NCBI GenBank assembly: GCA_000431835.1
Contig: HF987965.1
Coordinates: 18,199-82,198, forward strand
Reading direction: 5' to 3'
Origin: Succinatimonas sp. CAG:777
GTDB lineage: Bacteria > Pseudomonadota > Gammaproteobacteria > Enterobacterales > Succinivibrionaceae
Length of the DNA stretch: 64,000 nt
Positions 41,671-51,638 of this stretch are shown piece after piece. The translations under genes and the position numbers were made by a program. Under the pieces are notes generated by a model. It made no database searches, was not told the DNA's origin, and saw nothing but the letters and a program-made list of their open reading frames with translations. Within the stretch, counting starts at the first letter, position 1. The number at the start of each line of letters is the position of its first letter.

Positions 41671-41865
41671 TATGATCTCATTTTTGAGAGTTGTATACTA
41701 TTCACATTGCACAAGCGATGTAATCGTTTGCTATAATAGGAAAAGTTAAGAGTTTTATCTCTTTTTAGTAGATCTTTCTACAATAAAGTTTCGACAATAG
41801 ATTTTTTCAAAATAAAGTTCTATGTAATAGGACTTTGTAAATATAGTTATTGTTAGGAGTAACAC

Positions 41866-42825
41866 ATGAAAGTTGCAGTTTTAGGTGCAGCAGGCGGTAT
41901 TGGCCAGCCTTTATCAATGATTTTAAAGAACAATTTACCAGCTGGTTCTTCTCTGAGCCTGTTCGACGTAGCACCATTTACCCCTGGTGTTGCAAAGGAC
42001 TTAAGCCACATTCCTACAGACGTAACAGTCGACGGCTTCACAGGTGACGACCTAACTAAGGCTTTAGAAGGCGCTGACGTTGTAGTAATTCCTGCAGGTG
42101 TTGCTCGTAAGCCAGGTATGACTCGTGATGATTTATTCAACATCAACGCAGGCATCATCGCAAACTTAGTTCGCAACATTGCAAAGACCTGCCCTAAGGC
42201 ATGTATCTGCATCATCACCAACCCAGTAAACTCAACTGTTCCATTAGCAGCTGAAGTATTAAAGGAAGAAGGCGTATACGACAAGCACCGTTTATTCGGT
42301 ATTTCAGTTCTTGATGTGCTACGTTCAGAGACTTTCTTAGCTGAAGAGTTAGGTATTTCAAATCAGCGTATCCTAGTTCCAGTAGTTGGTGGTCACTCAG
42401 GTACTACTATCGTTCCTTTAATCTCTAAGGTTATCGGTCACGAGAAGATCTCTCAGAAGAGAATCGAAGAGTTAACCTACCGTATCCAGAACGCTGGTAC
42501 TGAGGTTGTTGAAGCTAAGGCTGGTGCTGGTTCTGCTACCTTATCAATGGCAACAGCTGGTGCTCGTTTTGCTCTTAAGGTTGTAAAAGGCTTATTAGGC
42601 GAGCCTGGTGTTAACGAGTACTCCTACGTTGAAGGTGGTTCAAAGTACGCTCCATTCTTTGCTCAGTGTGTACGCTTTGGCAAGAACGGCTGGGACGAGA
42701 CCTTAGATTTAGGTACTGTTTCAGAGTATGAGCAGAAGTTAATCGATGAGGCAGCTCCTCAGTTACAGAAGAACATCGAAAAGGGTGTTAACTTCGCTAA
42801 AGATTGGCTTGCAAAGAACAAGTAA
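41866..42825 (+). CDS. mdh: malate dehydrogenase (NAD-dependent, 319 aa)
   Basis: [17 protein letters not shown]-binding motif. Near-identical architecture to E. coli Mdh. Confidence 0.95.
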   Translation: MKVAVLGAAGGIGQPLSMILKNNLPAGSSLSLFDVAPFTPGVAKDLSHIPTDVTVDGFTGDDLTKALEGADVVVIPAGVARKPGMTRDDLFNINAGIIANLVRNIAKTCPKACICIITNPVNSTVPLAAEVLKEEGVYDKHRLFGISVLDVLRSETFLAEELGISNQRILVPVVGGHSGTTIVPLISKVIGHEKISQKRIEELTYRIQNAGTEVVEAKAGAGSATLSMATAGARFALKVVKGLLGEPGVNEYSYVEGGSKYAPFFAQCVRFGKNGWDETLDLGTVSEYEQKLIDEAAPQLQKNIEKGVNFAKDWLAKNK

Positions 42826-42860
42826 TCTAAAAGAATCATAAGTTAAAATAAACTATTCTT

Positions 42861-42898
42861 GGGAAGGCAGTTTCTTTTTTAGAGGCTGCCTTTTTTTG
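42861..42898 (+). terminator. probable rho-independent terminator after mdh
   Basis: aggcag...ctgcct stem followed by a T7 run. Confidence 0.5.
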
Positions 42899-42946
42899 TA
42901 ATATGAAATATAAATACACCATTTTTTAGAATGTTCATATTGCTAA

Positions 42947-43727
42947 TTTGCAAATTTATCTGATTCAATCACCAAAGCAAATAAGACTGCTAAAGAAATA
43001 TTGGATTATGCATTTTCAGAAATGTTTAATAATTTTTTAAGCGCTCTAATGCCTCTAAGGTGACTGTAAAATTCATTGAAGATGCAATGAAAACATACAT
43101 TGTTGTTGAAGATAATGGTATTGGTATTTTCAAGAAAATTAAAAATGATTTATCCCTTCAGGATGAACATCAATCATTATTGGAACTTGCTAAAGGAAAG
43201 TTTACCTCTAATCCAAAAGAACATTCAGGCGAAGGTATTTTCTTTTCATGTAGAGCTTGTGATTTGTTTTTAATTCATTCAGGCTCTTTGACCTACAGTC
43301 TAGATCGTGCTTCAGATATTGGAAAGTTTATCGAAACAGATAAAGATCTTGAAGATAATAATTTCTCAGGTACTCTTGTGTTAATGGCTATGAACAATAA
43401 TTCCTCAAACTCTCTGAAAAAGTTTTTGATGAATATTTTTCAAGTTACGAAGATAAAACTTTTGGTAAAACTGTTGTTCCTGTTAAATTACTTCGCTATA
43501 AAGATGAAGGCATTATTTCAAGATCTCAGGAAAAACGCTTACTTGCAAGGTTTGATAAATTCAAATATGCAGTGTTGGATTTTTCTGGCATCGACGATAT
43601 AGGACAGGTGTTTGCTGATGAAATTTTCAGGGTATTTGTAAATTCACATTCTGAAATAGAAATATCATATATTGAAGCTAACAAGAGCATTAAAAACATG
43701 ATAGAGCACGTTTCTGCTAACAGATAA
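42947..43727 (+). pseudogene. frameshifted, 5'-incomplete gene for a HATPase_c (GHKL ATPase) + STAS-like (DUF4325-type) protein
   Basis: Frame 2 (42947-43056) carries an N-box-like piece, KEILDYAFSEMFNNFLSAL. Frame 1 (43060-43400) carries the G1 box VVEDNGIGI. Frame 3 (43401-43727) carries ...LARFDKFKYAVLDFSGIDDIGQVFADEIFRVF... (STAS-like). There are at least two frameshifts and no ATG for the first piece. Shifts lie in A5/T5 tracts. Confidence 0.5.
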
Positions 43728-44041
43728 GCCCCATCTTATTCCTTTATCAATAGAATTTAGTTCTTTGCAGATATAAGTGGTGGAGGAGCAATCTCCACCA
43801 TTTCATGTTTAGAAACTGTTGGTTGTAGAGCCTCATTTTTGTGGATTTCTCTTGAGCTCTCAAGCTGTTCTTCTGAGTATGTGATCTATCAGCATATAAG
43901 CAATGATCTCCACAATTGCAAAATAAAATTAAACTATATTTAACTTTTACCGAAATATAAGTATTAGAAGAAAAAAGTTTCAAGATAAGTTCTAGATAAA
44001 AGTTCTTAGCTTATTTTGAGAGTTTGTTTCTTAAAACCGTG

Positions 44042-44068
44042 TCATGTCACCTATACTTAGTGACATGA
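44042..44068 (+). promoter_or_regulatory. perfect 9-bp inverted repeat (TCATGTCAC-N9-GTGACATGA), a putative operator upstream of the Sel1 gene
   Basis: Palindrome sits 25-50 bp upstream of the ATG at 44094, between the presumptive promoter and the AGGAGG RBS. Confidence 0.4.
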
Positions 44069-44093
44069 GAATATTAACTTAGGAGGACGTACG

Positions 44094-44825
44094 ATGAGGT
44101 TAAACTGTAAAATCAGTCTCATTGCACTTGCTGCAAGCTTGATGTGCGTATCGGCTCCTATTTCATCCTATGCTGCAAAATATGAGGTTGTAACTAGTAC
44201 TAAGGCAATGGTAGCTCGTGATACCTTACAGGGTATTGATATGAGTTCAATCTCTAATTCTGGCGGTGCAAGTACTGAAATGTACACTGCGGACAGAATG
44301 AATGCCATTGTTGAGAATACTGATCTTGTAAGTGTGGTAAAAGATCAGGATAAGTGCCAGTTCACCTCCGATATTGAAGATAGAGCAAGACTTGTAAAAA
44401 GTCCTGTCTTTATGTACGCATGGGGAGTAATGTTGCTCAATGGTACCTGTGTAACACAGGATCGTGATCTTGCAATTGGATATATTAGAAAAGCAGCTGA
44501 CAATGGTTATGCTCCTGCCATGGTAAGAATGTCTCAGTTCTTTGAGCGCGGTCTTTACATGGGCAAGAATATGAATATGTCAGAGCAGTATATGCATACT
44601 GCTGCTGCTTTAGGTTCTAAGACTGCAAGATTAGGTTGGGCTGATATGTTAGTACGAGGCTATGGAACTCCAGCCTTGTATGAAGAAGCTTATGGCTGGT
44701 TGTATCATTCTGAATACGAAGATAACTATTCTAAAGCTAAAAAAGCATATCTTGAGAGTCAGCTAAAGAAGCATCTACCACCTAATGTGATAGCCCGTAA
44801 TGAGGCCTTTGAGCCTGATTACTAA
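44094..44825 (+). CDS. secreted Sel1-like (TPR-like) repeat protein, 243 aa
   Basis: Signal peptide MRLNCKISLIALAASLMCVSAPISSYA. Sel1-type repeats (A.GYAPAM..M..FFERG.YMGKNMN..EQYMHTAA..G). Strong AGGAGG RBS. Confidence 0.6.
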   Translation: MRLNCKISLIALAASLMCVSAPISSYAAKYEVVTSTKAMVARDTLQGIDMSSISNSGGASTEMYTADRMNAIVENTDLVSVVKDQDKCQFTSDIEDRARLVKSPVFMYAWGVMLLNGTCVTQDRDLAIGYIRKAADNGYAPAMVRMSQFFERGLYMGKNMNMSEQYMHTAAALGSKTARLGWADMLVRGYGTPALYEEAYGWLYHSEYEDNYSKAKKAYLESQLKKHLPPNVIARNEAFEPDY

Positions 44826-44832
44826 AAACTTG

Positions 44833-44859
44833 AGGACGGCAAAGCCGTCCTTTTGTTTT
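44833..44859 (+). terminator. rho-independent terminator after the Sel1 gene
   Basis: ggacggc-aaa-gccgtcc followed by ttttgtttt. Confidence 0.75.
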
Positions 44860-45115
44860 AATGAAGCTTTCCTGTATTCTTACAGTCTCATTTCACTCAA
44901 ATCGTTAGATCATTTTAAGATCTGATATAATCAACGAAGTTTTTAATTATTTCTTACCAATTGGTGGTTATAAAATTACTTTATAAAAGTAATTTATTAT
45001 AACTGCTTATTTCAAATTGTTTTCGATTTGCTGTAAGTTTTGTTTTGATAACTTGTTTATATTAAACAGCGTTTATATAAGAACACAGACAGCAGAATTT
45101 AGATGAGCCTTAAAG

Positions 45116-46510
45116 ATGTTTGATAATCTTACCCAAAGACTTAACCGTACTTTAAAGAATATTAGCGGTAAAGGTCGTATTACCGAAGATAATATTAAAG
45201 ACACCTTACGTGATGTCAGAACAGCGCTGTTAGAAGCTGACGTTGCACTGCCTGTAGTTAAATCATTTACAGCAAGAGTAAAAGAAAGAGCTTTAGGTCA
45301 AGAAGTTGCAATGAGCTTAACTCCTGGTCAGGAGTTTATTAAAGCAGTTCATGCTGAACTTGTTGCTACCATGGGCGGTGAGACCTCTGAAATCAATTTA
45401 GCTCATCAGCCTCCTGCTGTGATCTTATTAGCAGGTCTGCAAGGTGCTGGTAAGACTACATCTGCTGCAAAACTGGCTCTTTACTTAAAAGAGAGAATGA
45501 ATAAAAAGGTACTGTTAGTATCAGTTGATACTTACAGACCTGCAGCTATGGATCAGTTAAAGACCTTAGCACAAGAAATTTCAGTTGATTGCTTTCCTTC
45601 AGATCCAAAGGATAAGCCTGAGAGCATCGCACAGGCAGCTTTAAAAGAAGCAAAACTTCGAGCATATGACGTCATGATCTTAGATACAGCAGGTCGTTTA
45701 GCTGTAGATGAGGAAATGATGAACGAGGTAAAGCGTCTACATGATTTGACAGATCCTATCGAGACCTACTTCGTAGTTGATGCGATGACCGGTCAGGATG
45801 CAGCTAATACAGCCAAAGCCTTTAATGACGCTTTAGAGTTAACAGGTGTCATCTTAACAAAGGCTGATGGTGATGCTAGAGGTGGTGCTGCATTATCTGT
45901 AAGAGAAATTACTGGTAAGCCAATTAAGTTTATCGGTATGGGCGAAAAGATTGCTGCTTTAGAGCCATTCCATCCAGACAGAATTGCATCCCGTATCCTT
46001 GATATGGGTGATATCTTATCTTTAATCGAAGATCTGCAACGAAATACTGATCTTGATAAAGCTAAGAAGATGGCTGAAAAGATTAAGTCAGGCGCGGGCT
46101 TTACTTTTGAAGACTTTAGAGATCAAATTGCTCAGATGAAGAAAATGGGCGGTATGACCGGACTTTTAGATAAATTACCTGGCATGGGTAATTTATCTGA
46201 CAAGATTAAAGATAAAGTTAACGACAAGCAGATAGATCATATGGAAGCTATCATCAATTCCATGACTAAAAAAGAAAGACTTCATCCTGAGATCATTAAA
46301 GGTTCTCGTAAAAAGAGAATTGCTGTTGGCGCAGGTGTTGAGATCCATGAGGTTAATGTCCTCTTACGTCAGTTTGATATGACCCAAAAGATGATGAAAA
46401 AGATGGGTAAAGGTGGTGTCCGTAAGATGGCAGGTGCTATGCGTGGCATGATGGGAGCTATGGGTGGCATGGGCGGAATGGGAGGTATGGGTAACTTCTT
46501 CCGCCGTTAA
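45116..46510 (+). CDS. ffh: signal recognition particle protein Ffh
   Basis: NG domain GLQGAGKTT P-loop. DTAGR. Methionine-rich M domain ending in a GGMGGMGGMG tail. Confidence 0.95.
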   Translation: MFDNLTQRLNRTLKNISGKGRITEDNIKDTLRDVRTALLEADVALPVVKSFTARVKERALGQEVAMSLTPGQEFIKAVHAELVATMGGETSEINLAHQPPAVILLAGLQGAGKTTSAAKLALYLKERMNKKVLLVSVDTYRPAAMDQLKTLAQEISVDCFPSDPKDKPESIAQAALKEAKLRAYDVMILDTAGRLAVDEEMMNEVKRLHDLTDPIETYFVVDAMTGQDAANTAKAFNDALELTGVILTKADGDARGGAALSVREITGKPIKFIGMGEKIAALEPFHPDRIASRILDMGDILSLIEDLQRNTDLDKAKKMAEKIKSGAGFTFEDFRDQIAQMKKMGGMTGLLDKLPGMGNLSDKIKDKVNDKQIDHMEAIINSMTKKERLHPEIIKGSRKKRIAVGAGVEIHEVNVLLRQFDMTQKMMKKMGKGGVRKMAGAMRGMMGAMGGMGGMGGMGNFFRR

Positions 46511-46692
46511 GATTTTTATTAAAGAGAAAAGCCTTAGTATGCTTTAACTTTTTGATAACTTAAGTTAACAGTTGCATAAATTTTTTACTCTTGATTTTTT
46601 GAAAATAAAGTGTAAAATAATGCAACTGTTTTTGTATGTTGACAATTTTTTTAGATTGTCAGATTTTTTTAATTAATATAGGTACTAGCGAA

Positions 46693-47064
46693 ATGGTAGT
46701 CATTCGTTTACGTCGTTTAGGCGCAAAAAAACGTCCTTTCTATCACGTTATTGTTGCAGACAAGCGTTTTGCTGCATCAGGCCGTTTCATTGAGCAGGTT
46801 GGTATTTACAACCCTATCGCTCAGGGCAAGGAAATCCGTCTACGTTTAGATTTAGAAAGCATCAATGCATGGAAAGCAAAGGGTGCACAGCCATCAGATC
46901 GTGTAAAGCGTCTTTTATGGGAAGCTGAGCAGGGTGAAGAGGCTGTTTTAAAGGCTAAGGCTGATAAGCACGAGAAAGCTGTCGCTGCTCGTAAAGCTGC
47001 TGCTGAAGCTAAGGCTAAGGCTGAAGCTGAGGCTGCTGAGTCTTCAGAGGCTGCAGAGGCTTAA
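46693..47064 (+). CDS. rpsP: 30S ribosomal protein S16 with Ala/Lys/Glu-rich C-terminal extension
   Basis: [25 protein letters not shown]... is canonical S16 (the tracked ORF start at 46636 is upstream of the true ATG). Followed by about 40 aa of [10 protein letters not shown] low-complexity tail. Confidence 0.95.
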   Translation: MVVIRLRRLGAKKRPFYHVIVADKRFAASGRFIEQVGIYNPIAQGKEIRLRLDLESINAWKAKGAQPSDRVKRLLWEAEQGEEAVLKAKADKHEKAVAARKAAAEAKAKAEAEAAESSEAAEA

Positions 47065-47073
47065 TAGCTGCTT

Positions 47074-47604
47074 ATGGCAGATACACCGCGTCCAATGGGA
47101 GCTTTAGGCTCATCATTTGGAGTAAAGGGATGGATGAAGGTCCGTTCTTTTGCGAGCCAACCTGAGAACCTTTTTGACTACTCGCCATGGTTTATACGTC
47201 AGCGCGGGGCGGAATGGCGCGAGGTTCAGGTTGAAGAATACAGACCACATGGTAACGACTTTGTCGTTAAGTTAAATGTGGCCTCAACTCCTGAGGAAGC
47301 AAAAGCTTATGCAGGAGCTGAGATTGGGATCAGGCGCTCAAGCCTGCCTCCTGTACCTGAAGGTACATATTATTTGTGCGATCTTGAAGGTTGTACAGTA
47401 ATTGGACTTGAAGGTGTAATGCTCGGCAAAGTGTCGAGAATTAGGGATTATGGAGCCACTCCTATTTTAGAGGTGTCTCCCTCTGACCACCTGGCTAAGG
47501 AACGTACAGAAGATTTTCTTATTCCTTATGTCGTGGGCCCAATTGTTAAAGCAGTTGATCTCGAAGCTAAGACAATTGAGGTTGAGTGGGGCGTAGATTA
47601 TTAA
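47074..47604 (+). CDS. rimM: ribosome maturation factor RimM
   Basis: [12 protein letters not shown]...FDYSPWFI matches the RimM N-terminus. PRC-barrel C-domain. Operon position. Confidence 0.85.
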   Translation: MADTPRPMGALGSSFGVKGWMKVRSFASQPENLFDYSPWFIRQRGAEWREVQVEEYRPHGNDFVVKLNVASTPEEAKAYAGAEIGIRRSSLPPVPEGTYYLCDLEGCTVIGLEGVMLGKVSRIRDYGATPILEVSPSDHLAKERTEDFLIPYVVGPIVKAVDLEAKTIEVEWGVDY

Positions 47605-47606
47605 CC

Positions 47607-48350
47607 ATGTACTTTGGTGTTGTTACGCTCTTTCCTGAGATGTTTGATGCTGTGACCAAATCTGGGGTTACAAGAAGAGCCTGTGAAAACGGGCTGATTA
47701 AAGTTGAATGCTTTAATCCTCGTACTTATACCTTAGATAAGTTTCACAACGTGGATGACAAGCCATACGGTGGCGGTCCAGGTATGTTGATGCAGGTTCA
47801 GCCATTGCGTGATGCAATTCATGCAGCTAAAGAAGCAGCACCTCAAGGAACTAAAGTAGTTTGTTTATCTCCTCAAGGTAAACAACTAGATCACTCTCTG
47901 GTCACCAAATTCCACAGCTGGGGCTCAATGATTCTTGTAGCAGGTCGCTATGAGGGTATTGACGAGCGTGTCCTTCAGACTGAAGTCGATCTGGAGGTTT
48001 CAATCGGTGACTACGTCCTGTCAGGGGGTGAACTTCCTGCCATGTGTATCATCGACGCAGTTTCCAGAATGGTGCCTGGTGTTTTAGGCAACATTCAGAA
48101 CGCACAAGAAGATACTTTCGCAAAAGGTCTCTTACATTTTCCTCAGTACACACGTCCTGAGGTCATCGATGGACTTAAGGTTCCTGAGATTTTAATGAGT
48201 GGCAATCACGAAAAGATCCGAGCTTGGCGTTTAAAGCAGTGTCTTGGTCGTACTTATGAACGTCGTCCTGATTTACTGCAGAACCGTGAACTGACTAAAG
48301 AAGAGAATAAATTACTTTCTGAGTACTTAGAAGAACACGGCTTGAACTAA
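47607..48350 (+). CDS. trmD: tRNA (guanine37-N1)-methyltransferase TrmD
   Basis: [13 protein letters not shown]... [13 protein letters not shown] ... [15 protein letters not shown], near-identical to E. coli TrmD. Start set at the internal ATG at 47607. Confidence 0.95.
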   Translation: MYFGVVTLFPEMFDAVTKSGVTRRACENGLIKVECFNPRTYTLDKFHNVDDKPYGGGPGMLMQVQPLRDAIHAAKEAAPQGTKVVCLSPQGKQLDHSLVTKFHSWGSMILVAGRYEGIDERVLQTEVDLEVSIGDYVLSGGELPAMCIIDAVSRMVPGVLGNIQNAQEDTFAKGLLHFPQYTRPEVIDGLKVPEILMSGNHEKIRAWRLKQCLGRTYERRPDLLQNRELTKEENKLLSEYLEEHGLN

Positions 48351-48386
48351 GATTTTTTGTTTTTACTTAATGGTAGGTACATTAAA

Positions 48387-48740
48387 ATGGCTAGCAACCC
48401 AATTATTGATCAGCTAGAGAAAGAGCAAATCCGTACTGACATCCCTGAGTTCAACCCTGGTGATACTGTACGTGTTGAGGTTAAGGTTGTTGAAGGCGAC
48501 AAGAGCCGTTTACAGGCTTTTGAGGGCAACGTTATCGCTAAGCGTAACCGTGGCTTAAACTCATCATTCACCGTTCGTAAGATTTCTTCAGGTGAAGGTG
48601 TTGAGCGTGTATTCCAGACCAACTCACCACTTATTGCTTCAGTTAAAGTAACTCGTCGTGGTGACGTTCGTCGTGCTAAGCTTTACTACTTACGTGACCG
48701 TGCTGGTAAGTCAGCTCGTATTCGTGAGAAGATCAACTAA
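48387..48740 (+). CDS. rplS: 50S ribosomal protein L19
   Basis: [14 protein letters not shown]...[32 protein letters not shown], canonical L19. Confidence 0.95.
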   Translation: MASNPIIDQLEKEQIRTDIPEFNPGDTVRVEVKVVEGDKSRLQAFEGNVIAKRNRGLNSSFTVRKISSGEGVERVFQTNSPLIASVKVTRRGDVRRAKLYYLRDRAGKSARIREKIN

Positions 48741-48761
48741 TCAGTACTCTACTGATAAGTT

Positions 48762-48792
48762 AAAACGCCCAGTCTATGCTGGGCGTTATCGT
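48762..48792. terminator. bidirectional terminator between convergent rplS and the HxlR-type regulator gene
   Basis: Hairpin aacgcccag-tctatg-ctgggcgtt. Confidence 0.6.
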
Positions 48793-48800
48793 ATGAATTC

Positions 48801-49179
48801 TAATTTATAGCAAGATAGCTATTCAGGTCTGAGTTAGAATCATCATCTACGTAATACTTCTCACCCCATTTACTTATCATCTCAAAATAGGAATAATCGA
48901 TCTGCCTTTTTCAGACAACGAATATTCGACTTTTGGCGGAATTTCATCATAAGATTGACGAACAATCATTTGACTTGAAATTAGCTCCTTTAGTGAGGCA
49001 GCTAATACTGCATCAGTAATGTTGTCTATTCTGCTTTTTATCTCGCCATACCTTAGATTATCAGCGTTTGCTAATACTGATAGTATGCGTGAATTCCATT
49101 TGCCACTAAACAAATCGAGGCTATACTCAAGTGGATTACGGATATCTTTTTTTTTAGTTTGCACTTTTTCATTACTCAA
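48801..49179 (-). CDS. HxlR-family (MarR-like winged-helix) transcriptional regulator; apparent -1 frameshift near the 3' end (intact ORF is 48877-49179)
   Basis: KWNSRILSVLANADNLRYGEIKSRI...VEYSLSEKGRSIIPIL matches the HxlR fold. The conserved C-terminal ..ISKWGEKYYVDDD continues in the +1 frame after a T4 tract (48874-48879 region). One extra T would restore a roughly 125-aa protein. Confidence 0.7.
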
Positions 49180-49344
49180 ATCACATCTTACTTTTTAACC
49201 CATCAGTTATTCTTTTTGCTACAGTGTTTCTATCAAGTTAATAGGATTGCAGACGTTAAAAATGTGTTATAAATCAAGTTATACGAACAATAAGGAATAA
49301 ATTTGTAGAGGAATAAGAGAAATTTAGATTAGGAGCTGAATTGA

Positions 49345-49401
49345 AGCTTTTTTACAAAATAAAAGGCCACAACCCTACGCTTCGACCTGTAAGTTGTGGC
49401 C
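49345..49401 (-). terminator. strong hairpin (9-bp GC-rich stem) with minus-strand T-tract; orphan terminator-like element
   Basis: GGCCACAAC-N19-GTTGTGGCC followed on the minus strand by ttttattttgtaaaaaa. No annotated minus-strand gene upstream. Confidence 0.4.
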
Positions 49402-49435
49402 CTGACACAATAGTCATGTTCATTTTCGATACCAA

Positions 49436-50002
49436 TTGTTCCATGTAGAGTACCATAAAGACGGTTTCCCAAAATTTGTACTGTCACCGACGATTTTTAT
49501 ATGGTTAGCGATAATATTAGGCACAACAAATATAAGAATTCACGGTTACATAAAAAGACAAATCAAGCAGATAGGAACAGAGCCCAAGCTCATACTAATA
49601 CCAAGAATAATCAGCTCATTTGAAGACAAAAGCATAAGAACCCATAATTTACTTCCAGACTTTGTCTTGCCATATTGTAATTACACAGTAAAGAGTCTAG
49701 CCAGCGTTTTTAGTGCTTATATTCCCACACAAACAGCCATCCGATTTAAGTTATCTGATTGGGACAGACTATCCACAGTAGCCTTTAGCAACAGAAATAA
49801 GCAAACTAGTTCTTATATAAAGCAAAGAGGCTCAAAGCTATTCTATCGATATGGAACCATATCAAAAATGATAGTTCTCTTTAGGAAAGCTAAAGAACGT
49901 AAATTATATTATCCCTGGATGAGCTTCTTTAAATATTATATTTTGACAGAAATACCTAATGTATCAATGTGCTTTATTACCTTGAACCCCCAATTTCTAT
50001 AA
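49436..50002 (+). CDS. orphan hypothetical protein (188 aa) in AT-rich island; possibly mobile-element-derived
   Basis: Long open frame in AT-rich DNA (unexpected by chance). No recognisable catalytic motif. Lies immediately upstream of a decayed M20 gene. Confidence 0.25.
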   Translation: MFHVEYHKDGFPKFVLSPTIFIWLAIILGTTNIRIHGYIKRQIKQIGTEPKLILIPRIISSFEDKSIRTHNLLPDFVLPYCNYTVKSLASVFSAYIPTQTAIRFKLSDWDRLSTVAFSNRNKQTSSYIKQRGSKLFYRYGTISKMIVLFRKAKERKLYYPWMSFFKYYILTEIPNVSMCFITLNPQFL

Positions 50003-50022
50003 CTCATGTTTCATCGGGGCAC

Positions 50023-50392
50023 GTGGAATATCATTCCTGATTCAGTATTTGCAGAAGGCACCGTAAGATCATTTTCAGCTGTAGCACGTTCTATAATCAT
50101 TGAGAAAAATGACGCAGTTAAAGACTGTCTTAGAGATTGAAGGCTATAAGATAGAATTCGCTTTATCAAATGCTGTCCTGCTACAAATAATGATTTTAAA
50201 TTATGTGAGCTTATTAAAGAAGAAGCTACTAAGTTAGGTTTGACTGTAGTCTCTCAAAGAGCAAATCTTGGAGGGGAGGATTTCTCGTGTTTCCAAGAGC
50301 ATGTCAAAGGTGCAATGTTTAACCTAGGAACAGGCATCGGATCTAGCTTACATAATGGAGAATTTAAAGTAGATCCTGATGCTTTAAAATAG
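50023..50392 (+). pseudogene. remnant of an M20-family amidohydrolase (N-acyl-amino-acid amidohydrolase/hippuricase-like), C-terminal part only, with internal stop or frameshift
   Basis: Two frames read TWNIIPDSVFAEGTVRSFSAVARSIIIEKNDAVKDCLRD* and ...DFKLCELIKEEATKLGLTVVSQRANLGGEDFSCFQEHVKGAMFNLGTGIGSSLHNGEFKVDPDALK*, matching the conserved C-terminus of M20D amidohydrolases. No N-terminal half is present. Confidence 0.6.
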
Positions 50393-50480
50393 GTCTTAAT
50401 GTCTATAGCCGTATTCTAAAAAGATTGGTTAGTGTCTAGAAATGTAGCCATAACAGACGTTATGACTACAAAGATCTCAG

Positions 50481-50936
50481 TTATTTCTTCTCCTCAGGAA
50501 AAAGCCTTTTATAGATCTGCTCGTATGCCATTCCAAGCAAAGACACGGGAGAATGTTCGTAAAGGCTATCTAGCAGTCGTTTAGAGTCTTTGATGTGAAT
50601 TCGATTCTCTTTGATTGGATTTAACTGTCTGCAACCAAAGTTGGCAATGATTTTGGGAATACCATCTTTTTGCCTATCACTAAATTTAGCTACGTTATGA
50701 TTCTGCAACAGGATAGCATCAGTTGAGGTTCCATATTTAATTTCACTGATATCGAGACGCAGTATGTAAAGACACTCTAAGAAGTATTTAGGGTATTTAC
50801 CATCTTCCATCTTTGGTTTTGTGATAACAATAAACTCCTGATCATCATGCTTTTTGATGTAGTTATTCCAAACATAAGAAACAGGATCTTGCTTAATCTC
50901 ATCGATAGCCTTAGTGTATATTTCTTCAAAAGTCAT
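50481..50936 (-). CDS. hypothetical protein, paralog A of a tandem pair (151 aa)
   Basis: About 75% identical to the adjacent 51162-51638 product (shared ...DPVSxVWNNxIKKHDDQEFxVIT.PK..KYPKYFxECLYxLRxDISEIKYGxSTDAILLQNHN.AKFxD.QKDGI.KIIA.FGCRQLNPIKE.RIHIK.SK.LLDS.Y.HS...L.G....QIYK.LFPE..K). No known domain recognised. Confidence 0.6.
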   Translation of the reverse strand: MTFEEIYTKAIDEIKQDPVSYVWNNYIKKHDDQEFIVITKPKMEDGKYPKYFLECLYILRLDISEIKYGTSTDAILLQNHNVAKFSDRQKDGIPKIIANFGCRQLNPIKENRIHIKDSKRLLDSLYEHSPVSLLGMAYEQIYKRLFPEEKK

Positions 50937-51161
50937 TTAATTCTCCATATGTTTTTACATGCTTTATGAGCTGGCTTAAAAGGCAAATTAGATGTCCTAG
51001 GTAACTTGAACCTCAATCAGGACACTTATGGCCACGTTAGTGTCTAATGCACGAAGTAAACTGCTCTATACAAAATTAGATTAGAGTTATGCTCTTTTTT
51101 AAGCGCAACAACGAAAGTTACAATGCAGTTACAATCTTGGTTATAACTACATCATGCTTAG

Positions 51162-51638
51162 TTATTTTTGCGCCTCAGGAAAGAGGTGCTTATAGATCTG
51201 ATCACAGCACTTTCCCATTAAAGTTATGACAGAATGAGCATACATGCTGTCTAAAAGAAGTTTTGATCCTTTGATGTGGATCCTTTTCTCTTTAATTGGA
51301 TTTAATTGTCTGCAACCAAAATAGGCAATGATTTTCTGAATACCATCTTTTTGCTCATCAGTAAATTTAGCATTGTTATGATTCTGCAAAAGTATGGCGT
51401 CTGTTGAACTGCCGTATTTAATTTCACTGATATCAAAACGCAGAAAATAAAGGCATTCAATAAAGTATTTTGGGTACTTACCTTCTTTAGGATAAGTAAT
51501 TACCATGAACTCCTGATCATCGTGTTTTTTAATGCAGTTATTCCAAACAAAAGAAACAGGATCTTGCTTAATCTTCTTTAGTTCCCGTGCGTATATTTCA
51601 TCAAAAGTCATTTGATTCTCCATGTCTATTATTTTCAA
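51162..51638 (-). CDS. hypothetical protein, paralog B of a tandem pair (158 aa; start possibly at the internal MENQ or MTFDEIY)
   Basis: See paralog A. Flanking 3' regions are also duplicated (..gttatttt..cctcaggaaa.ag..). Confidence 0.6.
   Translation of the reverse strand: MKIIDMENQMTFDEIYARELKKIKQDPVSFVWNNCIKKHDDQEFMVITYPKEGKYPKYFIECLYFLRFDISEIKYGSSTDAILLQNHNNAKFTDEQKDGIQKIIAYFGCRQLNPIKEKRIHIKGSKLLLDSMYAHSVITLMGKCCDQIYKHLFPEAQK

Noticed and set aside
43747-43983. 78-aa minus-strand ORF in the AT-rich spacer upstream of the Sel1 gene
   Set aside because: No RBS and no recognisable features. The region is better explained as promoter/operator DNA (palindrome at 44042-44068).
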